NCBI RefSeq assembly: GCF_006345805.1
Contig: NC_043003.1
Span: forward strand, 68,076,001-68,140,000
Reading direction: 5' to 3'
DNA length: 64,000 nt
Source of the DNA: Octopus sinensis
Lineage: Eukaryota
The notes below the pieces were generated by a model. That model searched no databases, was not told the DNA's origin, and was given only the letters and a program-made list of their open reading frames with translations. A program made the position numbers and the translations under genes. Positions 1-14,240 of the stretch are shown piece after piece; the stretch's first letter is position 1; each line of letters opens with the position of its first letter.

Positions 1-59
1 TGGCTTATAATATCTAGTACAAATATATGATGACAGAGACAGCGAGTGACGTTGTGGGA

Positions 60-450
60 AGAAAAATCATTGAGAAATCTGTAAAATAAATCACGAACGA
101 TATGTTGGGGGAGCATAAAAACATGAGAACGTTTTAGCAGAATTTCAACACGATGTAATGTAGACAAATTACAGGTACTCCGGCAAGAAAAGTAATTGTC
201 ATGTAGCAGAGAAAAACAAAGTGGCTATGGGAACGATTTTAAGAGATTAATGGCAGGAATTCTAGCAACAAATTAAAGAAGTATCTTAATTAGGAATGGA
301 TTTAATCACCGAAAATAAACCGGGCGCAAACATTTCAAATGCGGAAATAGAAAAGATTAGGACGAAAAATTAATAAAAAGGTTTTTAGATTCTCTGCTGT
401 ACACAACCGCCAGAATTTTGGAGATCCAACTTGGATGTACGTAAAGGAAT
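60..450 (+). mobile_element. Decayed 3' end of an RLE-type (NeSL/R4/CRE-like) non-LTR retrotransposon
   Basis: Frameshifted fragments VAMGTI, KKYL, NISNAEIEK and SLLYTTARIL resemble the C-terminus of restriction-like endonuclease elements. Confidence 0.4.
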
Positions 451-839
451 TTCAAATGATGATGATTACCAAATGTTACCGGACGCTACAACTGCAGTGA
501 TATAACTGAGACACGGAAGTGAGTAAAGCCTATTGAGGGTGAATCTCAAGGCCCAGGTAGGTCTTGATATTTCCAGGCTGTGACATAGAACGCCTCTACG
601 CGAAATGAAAACAAGGGAACAGAGTCTTAACATCAATCCGAACTGCCTTTCAATGTCGTATCTTGCTCCTTAGGCAACATCTTTTAACCACTAAGTGTCG
701 GAGTGCATCCTCTGACCAAGTCACGAGGCAGATGATATCATGAGACTTGGAAAGCAGCCCCTTGACCAGCATCCCTTGTCTGATAATCTCGAATACATGT
801 TCCAAGAAGTCGCACCACGCTACAGTAACATATCATCAG

Positions 840-1180
840 ATGAAAGGATGGTCGTAAAGAACATACATGGATGTGTAAAATAGTAGAAATCAGTTGCCCA
901 GCAGATGTTAACGTACAGTTAAAGATCAGTGAAAAAGAAAATACCTACTTTCAACTATTGAGAAATCTACCGTTACTCTACTTATATTACAACTTCAGTT
1001 TTTTACCTGTAATTATTGGGACATTGAGATATGTAGCACACTGCCTAAGAACTAGTCTTGAGAAATTGGGTTTCTCAAAGCCAAAAAGGACAAAAATGAT
1101 TCGACGACCACAGATCCAAGCCTCCACTGAGCAGTGAACATTTGTAAAACATTCCAGTTTATCATTTAAATATAGATGCA
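840..1180 (+). mobile_element. RLE endonuclease fragment of a non-LTR retrotransposon (NeSL/CRE-like)
   Basis: ORF 871-1137 (CKIVEISCPADVNV..K..EKENTY..LLRNL...FLPVIIGTLRYV...LEKLGF) matches the PD-(D/E)xK RLE C-terminal pattern. Confidence 0.65.
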
Positions 1181-1407
1181 CATGTCTAGACACGCAGCTA
1201 TATGCATGAAAATACATGCATAAAACAAAACATACAAATCTGCGCATGCACCGAATACTGCACATGCACATACATGCACACATACATACATACAAAAAAA
1301 AACACACGGTAGATGTTCAAATTCCAATGAAGCGACCTTGGATCGAGTTTAGAGACCGGCTCTCTCTGTATTGGCAAGAAATCTTGAGATAAAACTGAAT
1401 AATAACA

Positions 1408-1457
1408 CAGACACAAACACACGCATACACACACACATACACAAAGACACACACACA

Positions 1458-1501
<44 letters not shown>
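1408..1501. repeat. (CA)n/(TA)n microsatellite
   Basis: Directly visible. Confidence 0.95.
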
Positions 1502-1502
<1 letters not shown>

Positions 1503-2219
1503 GAATGGGATATGTGTGCGTCCTATATTACGTACAATTATATGTAGACACTCACACAAACGCTATATGATATCAAATAATTGTATGCCAGATCCATTTT
1601 CTCCATCAAATAGATTGTAATGTCAATCAACAGAAATTGTGTATATTTCTATGATTAGGTCTATGCTACAGTCCAATATCGATATTTTAGCTAATTCAAA
1701 GATCACATATAATCAGATATTCACTTACTGTTTTCATTTAAGGCTTTGATCTACATTGTCAATCAACATGAAAACATGAAGAAAGTTGTATTATAGCCAT
1801 ACCAGAAATTGGCTGGGAACTTTATGTAGAACTGTGTGAAAGATAAATACGACATAAGCTAATTGATATGGAAGGCCCATCTTGTTATGAATTTATAGTT
1901 GGCAATTTTTACTCATACCTATTAGATGCTAAAATGGCAAACAGCTCAAATTTAACAAAAGATGAATTATCGGATGTAGAAAGAGAGACACATGCATATG
2001 TGCTATGATGCATCACACACGCATACGTTCGTACATACATAGATGCATGTGTATTTACATGCATATAGATACACACTCAGCGACTACTTGTACACAACAA
2101 ACACATGAACACAATTAAAATGAAGCACTTAGTACGAATAGGCGCCCATACATGGAGAGAGTGACAGACACTCAGAAACGATTAGATAAAGAAAGATATT
2201 TTGATGCATAAGGAAATGT

Positions 2220-2615
<396 letters not shown>

Positions 2616-4427
2616 ATATACTTATTCATTTTTTATGTACTCGCAAACTCACACATCCACACACACACGTGCCTCTCTCACACACTCACTCTGTCTCTCT
2701 CCCCCACACTCTCTATATAAATATAAGTGAACACTTGCATAAATATAGATTTGGAAAGATTGATACTCACATGGACATCGTATGTATTATTCCTGGCATT
2801 AAATCAAATATTCCGTGTTGACTTAACTAGATAAGGGAAATTCTCTTTCATCAATTTCCAGATATTTCCTAAAAGATCACAAAATCGATTGATTTTTACA
2901 TCAAATAAGCTGACGCACAAATTAGCTCTGGAGCAATTTAAAATATTTACGTTGCAAGTTTTAAAAGCTTTCTGCTTACTTGTCAGTAAATATGTTCCCT
3001 CCAAATACATTTCCGTTATCCATATTTGCCGGAAGCTGAAATATTTCTGACATATTTCCGTATAGTGGTTTGGAATAATAATATGTATGTCTATAGTCAT
3101 CAATAACCGATCAAATATATAATAAAAAAATTCTTCTATCTCTCTGCCAAATGGGCATTTAAAGATTCTTTGTAAACAATTTTACGTGTTACCTATTTTC
3201 AAACACACTTTCGAAAATCCAAAATAGTAAACTTTGTATATTATATATACTAATCCTAGCATATATTTAATCCGGGTACATTTATGTAGATTTCATGCCC
3301 TGACATGTAATTTTATTGGCCAATAGGCAATAAAATGTACAAAGAACTACAGTGTAAACATGCAGTCTATGTCTAACCTTACCTGGTTTTACTGTTAAAT
3401 CTATCTCTGTAGTGCTCTGTATAGTAGGGACGAAGAAACCTTGCTAGTTGTAAAAGTTCATCGTATACACATGCTTACATCTACCTGAGCCTTGGTGCAC
3501 GGTGGCTATATAACATATAATTAATTATTCTATAAATTACTTTATAAAACAATATGAAAAGCTTAATACAACAAACTATAATACAAATTTTCATAACTGT
3601 TTTCATTTTTTACCTGCTATGTGATTAGATAGCAGTTAATGAGTGTTTACATGTTTATGTTCGGAGTTGAAATATATTTATTGTAAAATTCCTATTGTAC
3701 ACATCCTAGATTGATTGTACTAGTTAAATACTGGAGATTTTATAATCAAAAATAGCTTTCCTCAGAACGGGTGTCTGTTACGCGATAAGAAGCGATAAGA
3801 AGTCTTATCGAAGTTCTTGAAAACCAAATCTACGAAACGTGACCGTTTCCCTTACTTTTTCTTTTCTTTTCTTTTCCTTAAATGACTTCACTAACAAAAT
3901 ACATTATATACGTACACGGTCTGGAAAAAGAACATTATTGGTTTGTGGACATGTATCGAAAAAGTAATTTTGTTTGCAGGACAAATCTAACTTTCAGACG
4001 AATCTTTCGAAAAATTGATATCTCCAATTTCCATGGAAGGGTAGCTGATTTCTCTCCCTAGTGGTCATGCCAATAATTTCTTTGGTGGATTCATCTTAAC
4101 ATTTCTAAAGGCAGGTTCTACTCTGGCCAAAATAAATGCAAATTCTTCAAATACCACTTGAAGAGAATGTTCAAGCTGTGAATGCATTATTGACAGATTG
4201 ATTTGAGTCCTTCGTGCGGCTTTCCTTGAATTATTCGAGATGGTTTTTCCCACTATTGGGGAATGCATCATTTTCTTATATATTGTTCCTGTTGAATTTC
4301 TAATTTTTATTTCAATATCCTTTAATTTTGCTGAACTGTTTCTTCAATGTAAACACCACTGTATTGTGTTTGTATTTTTCTCCATATTTTCATCGGTACT
4401 TATTGACGATAAAATAACGAATACCCC

Positions 4428-4511
4428 TCCTCCCCCTCCTCCCCCTCCTCCTCCTCATCATCATCATCATCATAATAAGTTTAGTCCGCATCATTATTAT
4501 CATCATCATTA
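4428..4511. repeat. (CCT)n/(CAT)n trinucleotide repeat
   Basis: Directly visible. Confidence 0.9.
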
Positions 4512-5174
4512 AAGCAGCAAGCTGGCATGATCGTTAGCATGCCGGGAAAAAAGCTTAGTTATGAATTGCTCATAACTATATTTCATACACGCCACTGCAC
4601 TACCGAAAGAAGCGAGAGCATCTTGTGTATTTGCAGGGTCTTGGTTTGGCTTCGCAGTGCATAATCAGAAGGCCGAGAGATATAATTCTGTACTTACCGT
4701 TATGCTTATTTACTAGCCCCCTATGTTGAGGTTTGACTTGCTTTCAAATATCCGTTCGCTTTTCCTTATCCTTTTCTACATATTTTGATCGTTTCGAAAA
4801 ATATTTTTGGAATATATTCTTGTCTTTGAGTACTGATACTCTTTTAAGAATCCCCGATTCCAATAACTCAATCGATTAACTTTGATCTCCAGATTTATGT
4901 TTATTGTCATATTCGAGATTATTGTGATTTTCGGATTCTCTGATATTTTTCAGATGTATTCATATCGCTTCTTTGTTCTCTGTATTTTGGGATGCTGACA
5001 TTATTTTTAAAAGGACGTTTTTTAGATACACCTTATTTTGTCGATGTGTTTATTAATGTTAATCCACAAGTAAATACATATACACATATATGCACATACA
5101 CACATAACCATACAAACGCACACTTACACACGCACACTTACACACGCATACTTACACACGCACACACATGCATG

Positions 5175-5215
<41 letters not shown>

Positions 5216-5218
<3 letters not shown>

Positions 5219-5416
5219 GCTGTATCGTAAGACGTTTATTTCCAAACCATATGGTTCCGGGTTCAGTCGCACTGCGTGGCACCTTCGGCAGATGTATTGT
5301 GCTATACTCTCGGCTCGAGGCTTTGTTAGAATACAATTTGCCAAAAGTTCTACGCAGTGGCACTGAACCTGTAACCGTAGGGTTAAAAAACAATCTTCGT
5401 ACCACACACAGCCACG
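5216..5416. mobile_element. Two SINE family A heads in inverted orientation
   Basis: Plus head gtggctgtatcgtaag...ggttcagtcgcactgcgtggcacc (5216-5340); minus head reads gtggctgtgtgtggtacg...ggttcagtgccactgcgtag (5341-5416). Confidence 0.7.
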
Positions 5417-6720
5417 TCTGCATCTATATATGTGTATGTATGTGCGTACGCATGTGTATGTGTGTGTGCGTTCGCGCGTGTGTATGTGTGTGTGTACATA
5501 TACATATGTGTTGGCGTCTGTGTGTAAGGATAAATAGATATCCCAGAACTTATTACGCGAGTACGTATATTTATGTATCTCTGTGTATTATTGTGTTGTT
5601 TGTTACTCTTGTAATTTACTTTTGTAATAATCGATATATGACTACCTAGGCCTCAATTGATATTATCAATTATTATTAATATATTATTCATTTTGAAGGA
5701 TACTTCATTTAATGTCACGTAAGATCAATGATATCAAAATGCATTTATCTGGCATGTCTGAAAACATCATACATCACCATAGTACTGCCTCTCTAGAAGA
5801 ACAATATCCAAGTTTTAAAATGGAACTTTGTTAATATGAGGTAACTTTTGATGCATATCATATGGTAATGTATAAATTACTTTTTTGGTCCCCCAATCTG
5901 TTTTAGCTTAATTTTGTAATCCCTTTCGAACAAAATCGAACGGAGGTATTATGAAAGGCCTCCTGACCTACCCATTTTTTATAATCAGATTTCATAATTA
6001 TTATGTAATTTGAGCTAGATTTGGACATTGATTAAGAGGCTTTATAAAATTTTGGACTTTGATTAAGTCTCTATATAAAATTTTTCCTTTGATGTATCGA
6101 ATCTCTAAGTCTTGTTCTAAGTAAACCTATATGCACCTAAAAATATAACACGCATATATACGATCACAAAAAGATTCGCCTTCAACTCAAAATCCTGGTT
6201 ACAGGAATTCCAAGCGTTTCGTACAATTCTTCTTCATAAAAGAATATAATTTTCCTTTTACATTCAGTCTATGAGAAAATGGCAAAAATAAAGAATATAT
6301 GACAGAGGTAGTAGTTGCGAATATGTGTGAGGGGAATAATTTTCACAGAGGATAATTTGTGGAAAAGAGCACAAGTATTTAAGAGATAATATGGAGCGAG
6401 CAAGATAGGTTTGAACGAGAAGAAAAATTGATTCAGGAATGCAGTGATATTTTTCGATTGTGACCGTGCCTACAAAATTACTTTCAGAAATATTCATTAA
6501 TAGATATATACACATGTAATAGAACCTCGCAATGCTTATATGTGAGCGTGCATGTGTTCTTGTGTATATATGTATAAGACTAGAAGTATTATTGCCATTA
6601 GGAACCCAACGAGCTGTACAGCAGAATTCCAGAGACAATTGCACAGATGCACACGAGCAACCGCACAATCATACGTATGAAGGCACTCACTGCACACATA
6701 TACGCACATATAATTATATT

Positions 6721-6739
6721 ATATTATATTATATTATTA

Positions 6740-6788
<49 letters not shown>
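6721..6788. repeat. (ATT)n microsatellite
   Basis: Directly visible. Confidence 0.95.
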
Positions 6789-7851
6789 GTTTCAAAACTC
6801 ATCTCGTGTCCTATATGGGTGTATATTGTTACAGGTTTTAATATACTACATACTTTTTACATGGATATATGATGTAATTGTGGAGCGCCAAAATTGCATC
6901 ATTTATATTATCAAATCCGGTTTAAAGAATATTATATTCCAATAAAATTGATGTTTACCATTAATCTTTAATATGTCTTTAAAAGTAGACAGAAGAATAT
7001 CATTTGCTATTTCTCTACTAATAGACATGTTTTTCTTATTTTTTAAATTTGTCTTCTAATCATGACTGCACAGATTTAGAGGAATGGATCGATGCCAAAT
7101 TTGTGATAGTGGAATGAAAAAATTTCATTAAATCATTTTATGCGTACTGCTGCAGGGATTTCACTGCACGATGTCGCCTACGTTTAGCATTTGTTTATCA
7201 TGAAATTGTTTGTTTTGTTATATATAAACACATTTCACATTATAGTTTTTAAGAGCTTCTATAGACTGTCCATATTTTCGTGCAACTTAAATCTTCCTAT
7301 CATTTAATATTTTATTGAAGAAAATTGTTTATTACTAATGGTATTTTAAATTAGTTCACAAAACTCAAGAACAAATGTGAAATTACTTTGGAAAAGAATT
7401 ATGTATACGTTCTATAACTAATAGATCACCGTTATACACATTTTGCGTCAGACTAAAATAGAATTATAGTATGTCAAAGAAAATGGGGAGAATAATATAT
7501 CTAAAGTATATAGTTGCCTCGCAGAAAGTTATCTGTGTTTGATAAAATATTTTTTTTCTTATATATAATTCTACAAAACATTTTCCATCAATTATTAGTC
7601 TGTGACGGCCGCCATGTTTCATCCGCTCCCGTAGATTTATGGTGTACGAATGAGAGAGAGGTCCTACGTACATGTTGTGGAGTTCATATTGTTATTGTTT
7701 CTGAAACGGAATGTTTTTCAAGTCGATTTTTAAGCCATTGTGATCACCGGAAGATCAGAGTTTCTGTTTCCACACACAAACACACACACACACACACACA
7801 CGCACACAAACCTGCTCGCGCGCACACGGTCACAAGCACACACACGTATAC

Positions 7852-8253
7852 TCTTTTACTCTCTTACTCTTTTACTTGTTTCAGTCATTTGACTGCGGCC
7901 ATGCTGGAGCACCGCCTTTAATCGAGTAACTCGACCCTGGGACTTATTCTTTTGTAAGCCCAGTACTTATTCTATCGGTCTCTTTTGCCGAACCGCTAAG
8001 TGACGGGGACATAAACACACCAGCATCGGTTGTCAAGCAATGCTAGGGGGACAAACACAGACACACAAACACGCATATATACATATATACGGCGGGCTTC
8101 TTTCAGTTTCCCTCTACCAAATCCACTCACAAGGCTTTGGTCGGCCCGGGGCTATAGTACAAGACACTTGCCCAAGGTGCCACGCAGTGGGACTGAACCC
8201 GGAACCATGTGGTTGGTAAACAAGCTACTTACCACACAGCCACTCCTGCGCCT
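7852..8253 (-). mobile_element. tRNA-derived SINE family A, full length
   Basis: Minus-strand head ggcgcaggagtggctgtgtggtaagtagcttg with A/B-box-like ggttccgggttcagtccc; internal (TG)n; tail gcatggccgcagtcaaatgactgaaacaagtaaaagag. Confidence 0.92.
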
Positions 8254-8282
8254 ATTATATATATATATATATTATATATGTT

Positions 8283-8318
<36 letters not shown>

Positions 8319-8717
8319 CTCTTACTCTTTTACTCTTTTACTTGTTTCAGTCATTTGACTGCGGCCATGCTGGAGCACCGCCTTTAGTCGAGCAACTCCA
8401 CCCCGGGACTTATTCTTTTTGTAATCCCAGTACTTATTCTATCGGTCTCTTTTTGCCGAACCGCTAAGTGACGGGGACGTAAACACACCAGCATCGGTTG
8501 TCAAGAAATGCTAGGGTACAAACACAGACACACAGACACACACACATACATATATACAACAGGCTTCTTTCAGTTTCCGTCTACCAAATCCACTCACAAG
8601 GCATTGGTCGGCCCGGGGCTATAGCAGAAGACACTTGCCCAAGATGCCACGCAGTGGGATTGAACCCGGAACCATGTGGTTCATAAGCAAGCTACTTACC
8701 ACACAGCCACTCCTGTG

Positions 8718-8720
<3 letters not shown>
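8319..8720 (-). mobile_element. SINE family A, full length (tandem copy 2)
   Basis: Same structure as 7852-8253, flanked by (TA)n. Confidence 0.92.
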
Positions 8721-8780
<60 letters not shown>

Positions 8781-9178
8781 CTCTTACTCTTTTACTCTTT
8801 TACTTGTTTCAGTCATTTGACTGCGGCCATGCTGGAGCACCGCCTTTAGTCGAGCAACTCCACCCCGGGACTTATTCTTTTTGTAATCCCAGTACTTATT
8901 CTATCGGTCTCTTTTTGCCGAACCGCTAAGTGACGGGGACGTAAACACACCAGCATCGGTGTCAAGAAATGCTAGGGTACAAACACAGACACACAGACAC
9001 ACACACATACATATATACAACAGGCTTCTTTCAGTTTCCGTCTACCAAATCCACTCACAAGGCATTGGTCGGCCCGGGGCTATAGCAGAAGACACTTGCC
9101 CAAGATGCCACGCAGTGGGATTGAACCCGGAACCATGTGGTTCATAAGCAAGCTACTTACCACACAGCCACTCCTGTG

Positions 9179-9181
<3 letters not shown>
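8781..9181 (-). mobile_element. SINE family A, full length (tandem copy 3)
   Basis: Near-identical to 8319-8720, period 462 bp. Confidence 0.92.
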
Positions 9182-9234
<53 letters not shown>

Positions 9235-9404
9235 TATGTACGTTTGGTATGTATATCCATTTCTTTATCAGTTCATAACTGTGCTTCTGCTCCTCCTAAG
9301 CAATAGGTACTAAGTGGGGATCCGTCGATGTGTGTGTGTATGCGTTATGTATGTGCGCGTTTTTATGTGTATGTGTGTGTGTGCGCGCGTGAGTTTATGG
9401 TGGT

Positions 9405-9570
9405 TATGGTGGCCTGGTGGTTAGGGTGTTGCACCCATATTCGTAAAATATGGGTTTTGATTCCCAGTCTGGAAGACCGTTTTGTTTTTAAGTAAATAAC
9501 ATCCTTTCTTGTTGCTCCAGTCCAATCAGGTGTACACGGGAAACCCTGCGACGTGGGGTGAGTATTTTGG
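9405..9570 (+). mobile_element. Degenerate tRNA-derived SINE (family D)
   Basis: A box ggcctggtggttagggtg, B box ggttttgattccc, then a ttgctccagtccaatcag core. Confidence 0.65.
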
Positions 9571-9904
9571 CCTACCCACGAAACCAGCTGAGAGAAATCA
9601 TTCGAAATCAACAACAAACTGATCTAATAAATATTTTATCGTTTAATTAATGAAATTACTTCGAACGTACAAATATGCAATTTGGGGTAAATACTAATAT
9701 GGTATTCTAATTCCTTAATAGAAGAGGTACTTCGCGTCGCAGGAAGCCTAATCATTCTCCCTTCATCTAGGGAGTGGCAAAACAAACATGAAACGATCCA
9801 TCACGTGAAGTTATGGTCTCTTTTCGTTTTGGCAATGGGAGTGACCGAATTGTTTCGCAATCTTAACACAAGCACAATGAAGCACTCTAATATTTTACCT
9901 TGTT

Positions 9905-10075
9905 GTACCATGCAGGGTAAAATGCGTAGCAACATTTCCTCCGAGTTTATGTTCTGAGTCCAAATTCCACCGTGGTCCACCGAGGTCAACTACGGGGTGG
10001 AAAGAAATAAGCACATTTAACTATTAGAGTCGATCTGATCCACTTACCTAACCTACGAGATTGCTGATCTTGATG
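9905..10075 (+). mobile_element. Degenerate SINE family B
   Basis: gggtaaaatgcgtagc...gttctgagtccaaattccacc...gaggtcaact...gagtcgat, similar to 26351-26562. Confidence 0.55.
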
Positions 10076-10120
10076 CACACACAAACGCCCCTCCCCATAT
10101 ATATATATATATATAATATA

Positions 10121-10160
<40 letters not shown>

Positions 10161-10164
<4 letters not shown>

Positions 10165-11340
10165 GGTGCGTAAGATATATGAAGAGAGCTTATGTTAATA
10201 AAAAACATCTATATAATAACAGATAATAACTTTTTGAAAGAATGCTGTGACGATGAAAGTAAACCTTCTTTTCTATAATGTTATTCAATAACACTACCTT
10301 CAGCTTCAACGACTGCTTCTATATGAGATCTCAATCATTTAAATTCTCGAATCAAGTTGCCTTGGTTCATTGTGACCATTATTCTGACTATGGCAGCTTT
10401 CATAGTATATTTGGTGTTATGGGCGTGTTCATTGACCTCTTTCTAAAAAACGCTCCCATGTAATAGCCTAATGGATTGAGACCTGGGGAATTAGGAAACT
10501 AAATGTTAGGCGTTATGTGATCATGAAAAATTTCAGCCATCCATTCCTGTGTTTTAGAGCCACGTGTGATAGCACAGAGTAATTGAAACACATACGACCT
10601 TCCATTGCATGCACTGTCTATCCAGGGTTTGACAATTACTTGCAGGACGTCAATGTAGGCAGCAGATTTAACTCTAAGGCCTTGAGGAAAGAAGTAAGGC
10701 GGTATCACATGTCCTTCATTGGTGACAACCCCTAAATCTATGACAGCTGCAGGAACGTTTATATGCATAACACTTGGAACGTCAGAAGGGTCTGTACATA
10801 ACCATCTGTCATTTCTTTTGTTAACCTTTTGATCTAGGTGGAAATTTTTCTCGTTTAAGAAAAACGAAATGAAATCTTCTGCTGGATTTTTCAGTTAGTT
10901 TAAGAGCATTTTAGATTTTCTTTTGCTTTTTAGGACATATTGACATTTCCTCATCATATAAGACTTATATCTGATGTCTTCATGGACAACATTTCTGACT
11001 GTTCCTTTTGACACATGGAGACCTTTTGAAAATAATCTTATGGGTTTTCTGGGATTGTAATCAATGGTATGTTAAGCTTGCTGGATAAATTCAGGTGTTT
11101 TGATAATTTCAGGGGGTTACAATACCATTTATACTCTGATACTAGTGATACGTTTCCATCCTCGGTCTCTAGCTCCTTACAAACTTTGTAGACGAAAGAT
11201 CTGGCAACTTTTAAAACTCGCGATATTTCTAAATCACTATATTCAGCCTTTATAAACGCAATAACAGCATGTCTCTTCATTTATTGAGGAAGGAGATGGT
11301 CAGACATTATTATTTTCTGAAACAAAGATTATACAGATTT
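10161..11340 (-). mobile_element. Tc1/mariner transposon, maT/Bmmar1 (DD37D)-like, decayed transposase
   Basis: Minus-strand fragments MKRHAVIAFIKAEYSDLEISRVLKVARSFVYKV; NEKNFHLDQKVNKRNDRWL; LGVVTNEGHVIPPYFFPQGLRV...VKPWIDSACNGRSYVFQ; SPGLNPLGY. One end begins TA-cagggtg at about 10161; the other TIR was not found. Confidence 0.88.
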
Positions 11341-11610
11341 AGGTTAGTTGTCACATATTTCAACTACTAAAGGCAAATACACTCCAGTTACCGTGGAGAA
11401 GAAGGTCTCTCTTACGGTAAAACAAGTCTAACTTATGTGAAAACACCCCCTTCGTTCAGTGTCTCGGGAGTCAGAGAAATTGATGTTTCGAATTTGTTGA
11501 CACTTGTCGATCAGATGTACCTCAGAGGGGCAATCCTGAACGGACTGACAATATTTGTAGCTTTATACAGTCAATGTATAATTCCGTCAATATGGCAGCT
11601 GAATTATATA

Positions 11611-12850
11611 TATTGGGTTGGCAAGTAAGTTCCCCCGGTTTTTTTAATTTTGGAATTTATTGCGTTTTTAAATTTTGGAATCTATGTCTTTCAAGAATTC
11701 TAAATTTTGATTCATTTTGCAATTTATTTTGTTTTTGTTTTCTGGTTAATTTTAGTTAATTTTTGTTTATTTTCAGATCATTAAAATGGAGTGTCGTTAA
11801 GAAAAACGAGAGCATTTTCGACACCTCGTTCTTTTTGCTTTTAATGAAGGTTCTCAGACCGCAAAATCTGCTCACGACATTTGTGCTGTATACGGAGAGG
11901 GTGACATAGTTGAAAAAACTACTCATGATTGGTATGCCAAGTTCAAAACCGGAAATTTCGACCTCAAAGACACACCTCGTTCTGGCTGTCCAGTTGAGTT
12001 CGATGAAGAGCGATTAAACAAACTTTTGCACGAACATTCTCGCCAAACAAGGGAACTGACAGAGAAAATGGAATGCTCCCAAACTGCTATAGAGAAGAAT
12101 CTTCACTCGATGGGAAAGATTCAGAAGTAACGAGCATGTGTTCCGCATGCTTAAAGTGACAACAATAAAAATCAACGAGCCACAATCTCCGCTGGTTTGT
12201 TTGCTCATCACCGCTCAACTCATGGACACAAGCAACGATTTCTTTACCGAATCGTTACTGGCGACGAACAATGGTGTCTGTATATGAATATGAAGCAGCG
12301 TAAGGAATGGCTTAGCCTCGGTAAACAAGCGACACCGCGCGTGAAACAATATCTTCATCCGCGTAAAACGATGTTGTGCGTATGGTGGGACTGGGAAGGG
12401 ATTATCCATTAGGAATTGCTTGAACGGAACCAAATGGTCAACCCGGAACTCTATGTTCAACAGATGGAAGAACTTAACACGGCTATTCAAGAGAAAAGAC
12501 CTAATCGGCAGCATGTAGTTCTGCTGCACGACAACGCCCGCCCTCATATCGCCAATATTACCAAGGAAGCCATTCAAACGCATGGCTGGGAAGCGCTGTC
12601 ACACCCACCGTACTCTGCTGATTTGGCTCCAACGGATTTCACCTCTTTCGATCTCTTTCAAATGCTGTGCAGCGAGTTCTCGTTCAATACTGATGCAGAA
12701 TTAAGAGCTTGGTTGGATCAATTTTTCGAGTCGAAATCGGGTGATATCTACCAACAAGGTATTGAAGATCTTGCTGAACGTTGAGAAGAAGTTGTAAACA
12801 ACAAAGTTGAATACATTATTGATTAATTAGTAGTTATTATTTATGAAACC
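11611..12850 (+). mobile_element. Mariner (DD34D) transposon with pseudogenised transposase at 11786-12826
   Basis: Left TIR tattgggttggcaagtaagttc; motifs RIVTGDEQWC, KTMLCVWWD, LLHDNARPH and HPPYSADLAPTDF; several stops and frameshifts; right TIR lost. Confidence 0.95.
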
Positions 12851-12861
12851 TTTTATATTTA

Positions 12862-13065
12862 TATATATATATATATATATATATACAGAGAGAGAGAGAG
12901 AGAAAGAGAGAGGTAGACTAACAGAGATATACCTACATACAGACAGATAGACAGTCAGACAGACAGACAGACATATGGATAGATAGATATAAAGATAGAT
13001 AGATACATACATACATACATACATACATACATACATACATACATACATACATACATACATACATA
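12862..13065. repeat. Compound (TA)/(GA)/(GACA)/(GATA)/(CATA) microsatellite
   Basis: Directly visible. Confidence 0.95.
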
Positions 13066-13369
13066 AATGTGTGTGTGTACGTTTATGCGTGAATAGAATA
13101 CTCGTTTATCGATATATTATTATATTTATCTATTACTTTCTTACAAGTGTTTCGTTCGACATAAAATCAGTAATATAAAGAAATACTTTTATTCACAGAT
13201 TATAGCATCGAACCGCCAGAAGCAACATAAAATACGAAGAGAATGAGTCGGACAACATCATGATGATGGCAACTCGGCTGGTGTGAATGTTATTACATAT
13301 GTAATGCTTTCGTCGGCTATGCAGGCTCTGTTGATGATGTCTGATGTTATGACTTTATGAGGTACATAT

Positions 13370-14240
13370 ATCATCATCACCGTCATCTTCGTATAACGGC
13401 TGCTTTGCATACTGGCATGATTTGGATGGTTTGACAGAACTCGCAAGCCGGGAGGCTGCACCAGGCTAGAGTCTAATCTGGCAAGGTTTCTACAACTGAA
13501 TGCCCTTTCTAGTACTTTCCACGTGCCAACGGCACGAGAGTCAGTTAGGAAGCACTGACATCGGCCACGCTCGAACTGTACTTCTGCATGCTACCGGCAC
13601 GGGTGCCAGTCAGGCGGCACTGGCATAGGCCACGGTCGAATTGTGCTTTATACGTGTCACCTGTATGGATGCCAGTCGGGCGACACTGGCATCGGTCACA
13701 CTCGAATGGTGTTTTTTACGCCCCACCGTAACGGTTGACAGTCAGGCGGCACTGTTATCGGAAACTACTACGATTTCACTCTGTTCAATAAGTCTTCAAA
13801 AGCACGCCATGTCGCCTAATGATTGAAGGGAGTTTAAAGGAGTCAGTTGTGCAACATTGGCATCGGCTACAACTGCAATATCCCTTGGCTCGACAGGTCT
13901 TCTGAAGTACAATATATCTGCAAAGGTCTCGGTCACTTGTCATTGCCTCTGTGAGGCCCAACGTTCGAAGGTCGTGCTTCCGACCTCATCAAATGTCGTC
14001 TTGGGTCTACCGCTTCCACAGGTTTGCTTCATTGTTAGGATATGATACACTGCTCTCCACATCCATACTCATCACATGACCATACCATTCCATTCGTCTT
14101 TCTTGCACACCAAACATGATGCTTCTTATGTCCAACTTTTCTCACTTACACTCTGTCGCGCATGCAAACTGACAATACTCATCCAGAGGTGCATACTAAC
14201 TTCATTTCTTTCAAGCCTACTCATGTGCTTACCAGTCACA
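13370..14240 (-). mobile_element. RTE-clade LINE 3' end (RT C-terminus plus 3' UTR with short internal repeats)
   Basis: Minus strand reads RLERNEVSM..., VQERRMEWYGHVM and GRPKTTFDEV..HDLRTLGLTEAMTSDRDL. The UTR has repeated ggcactggcatcggccacg units and ends in (GAT)n. Confidence 0.88.

Noticed and set aside
2771-3442. Minus-strand exon candidates 2771-2826 and about 3382-3442
   Set aside because: Good donors, but ambiguous frames and no identifiable protein.
11480-11530. Hammerhead-like CTGATCGA...GAAAC on the minus strand
   Set aside because: Core spacing is wrong and stems I and III do not pair.
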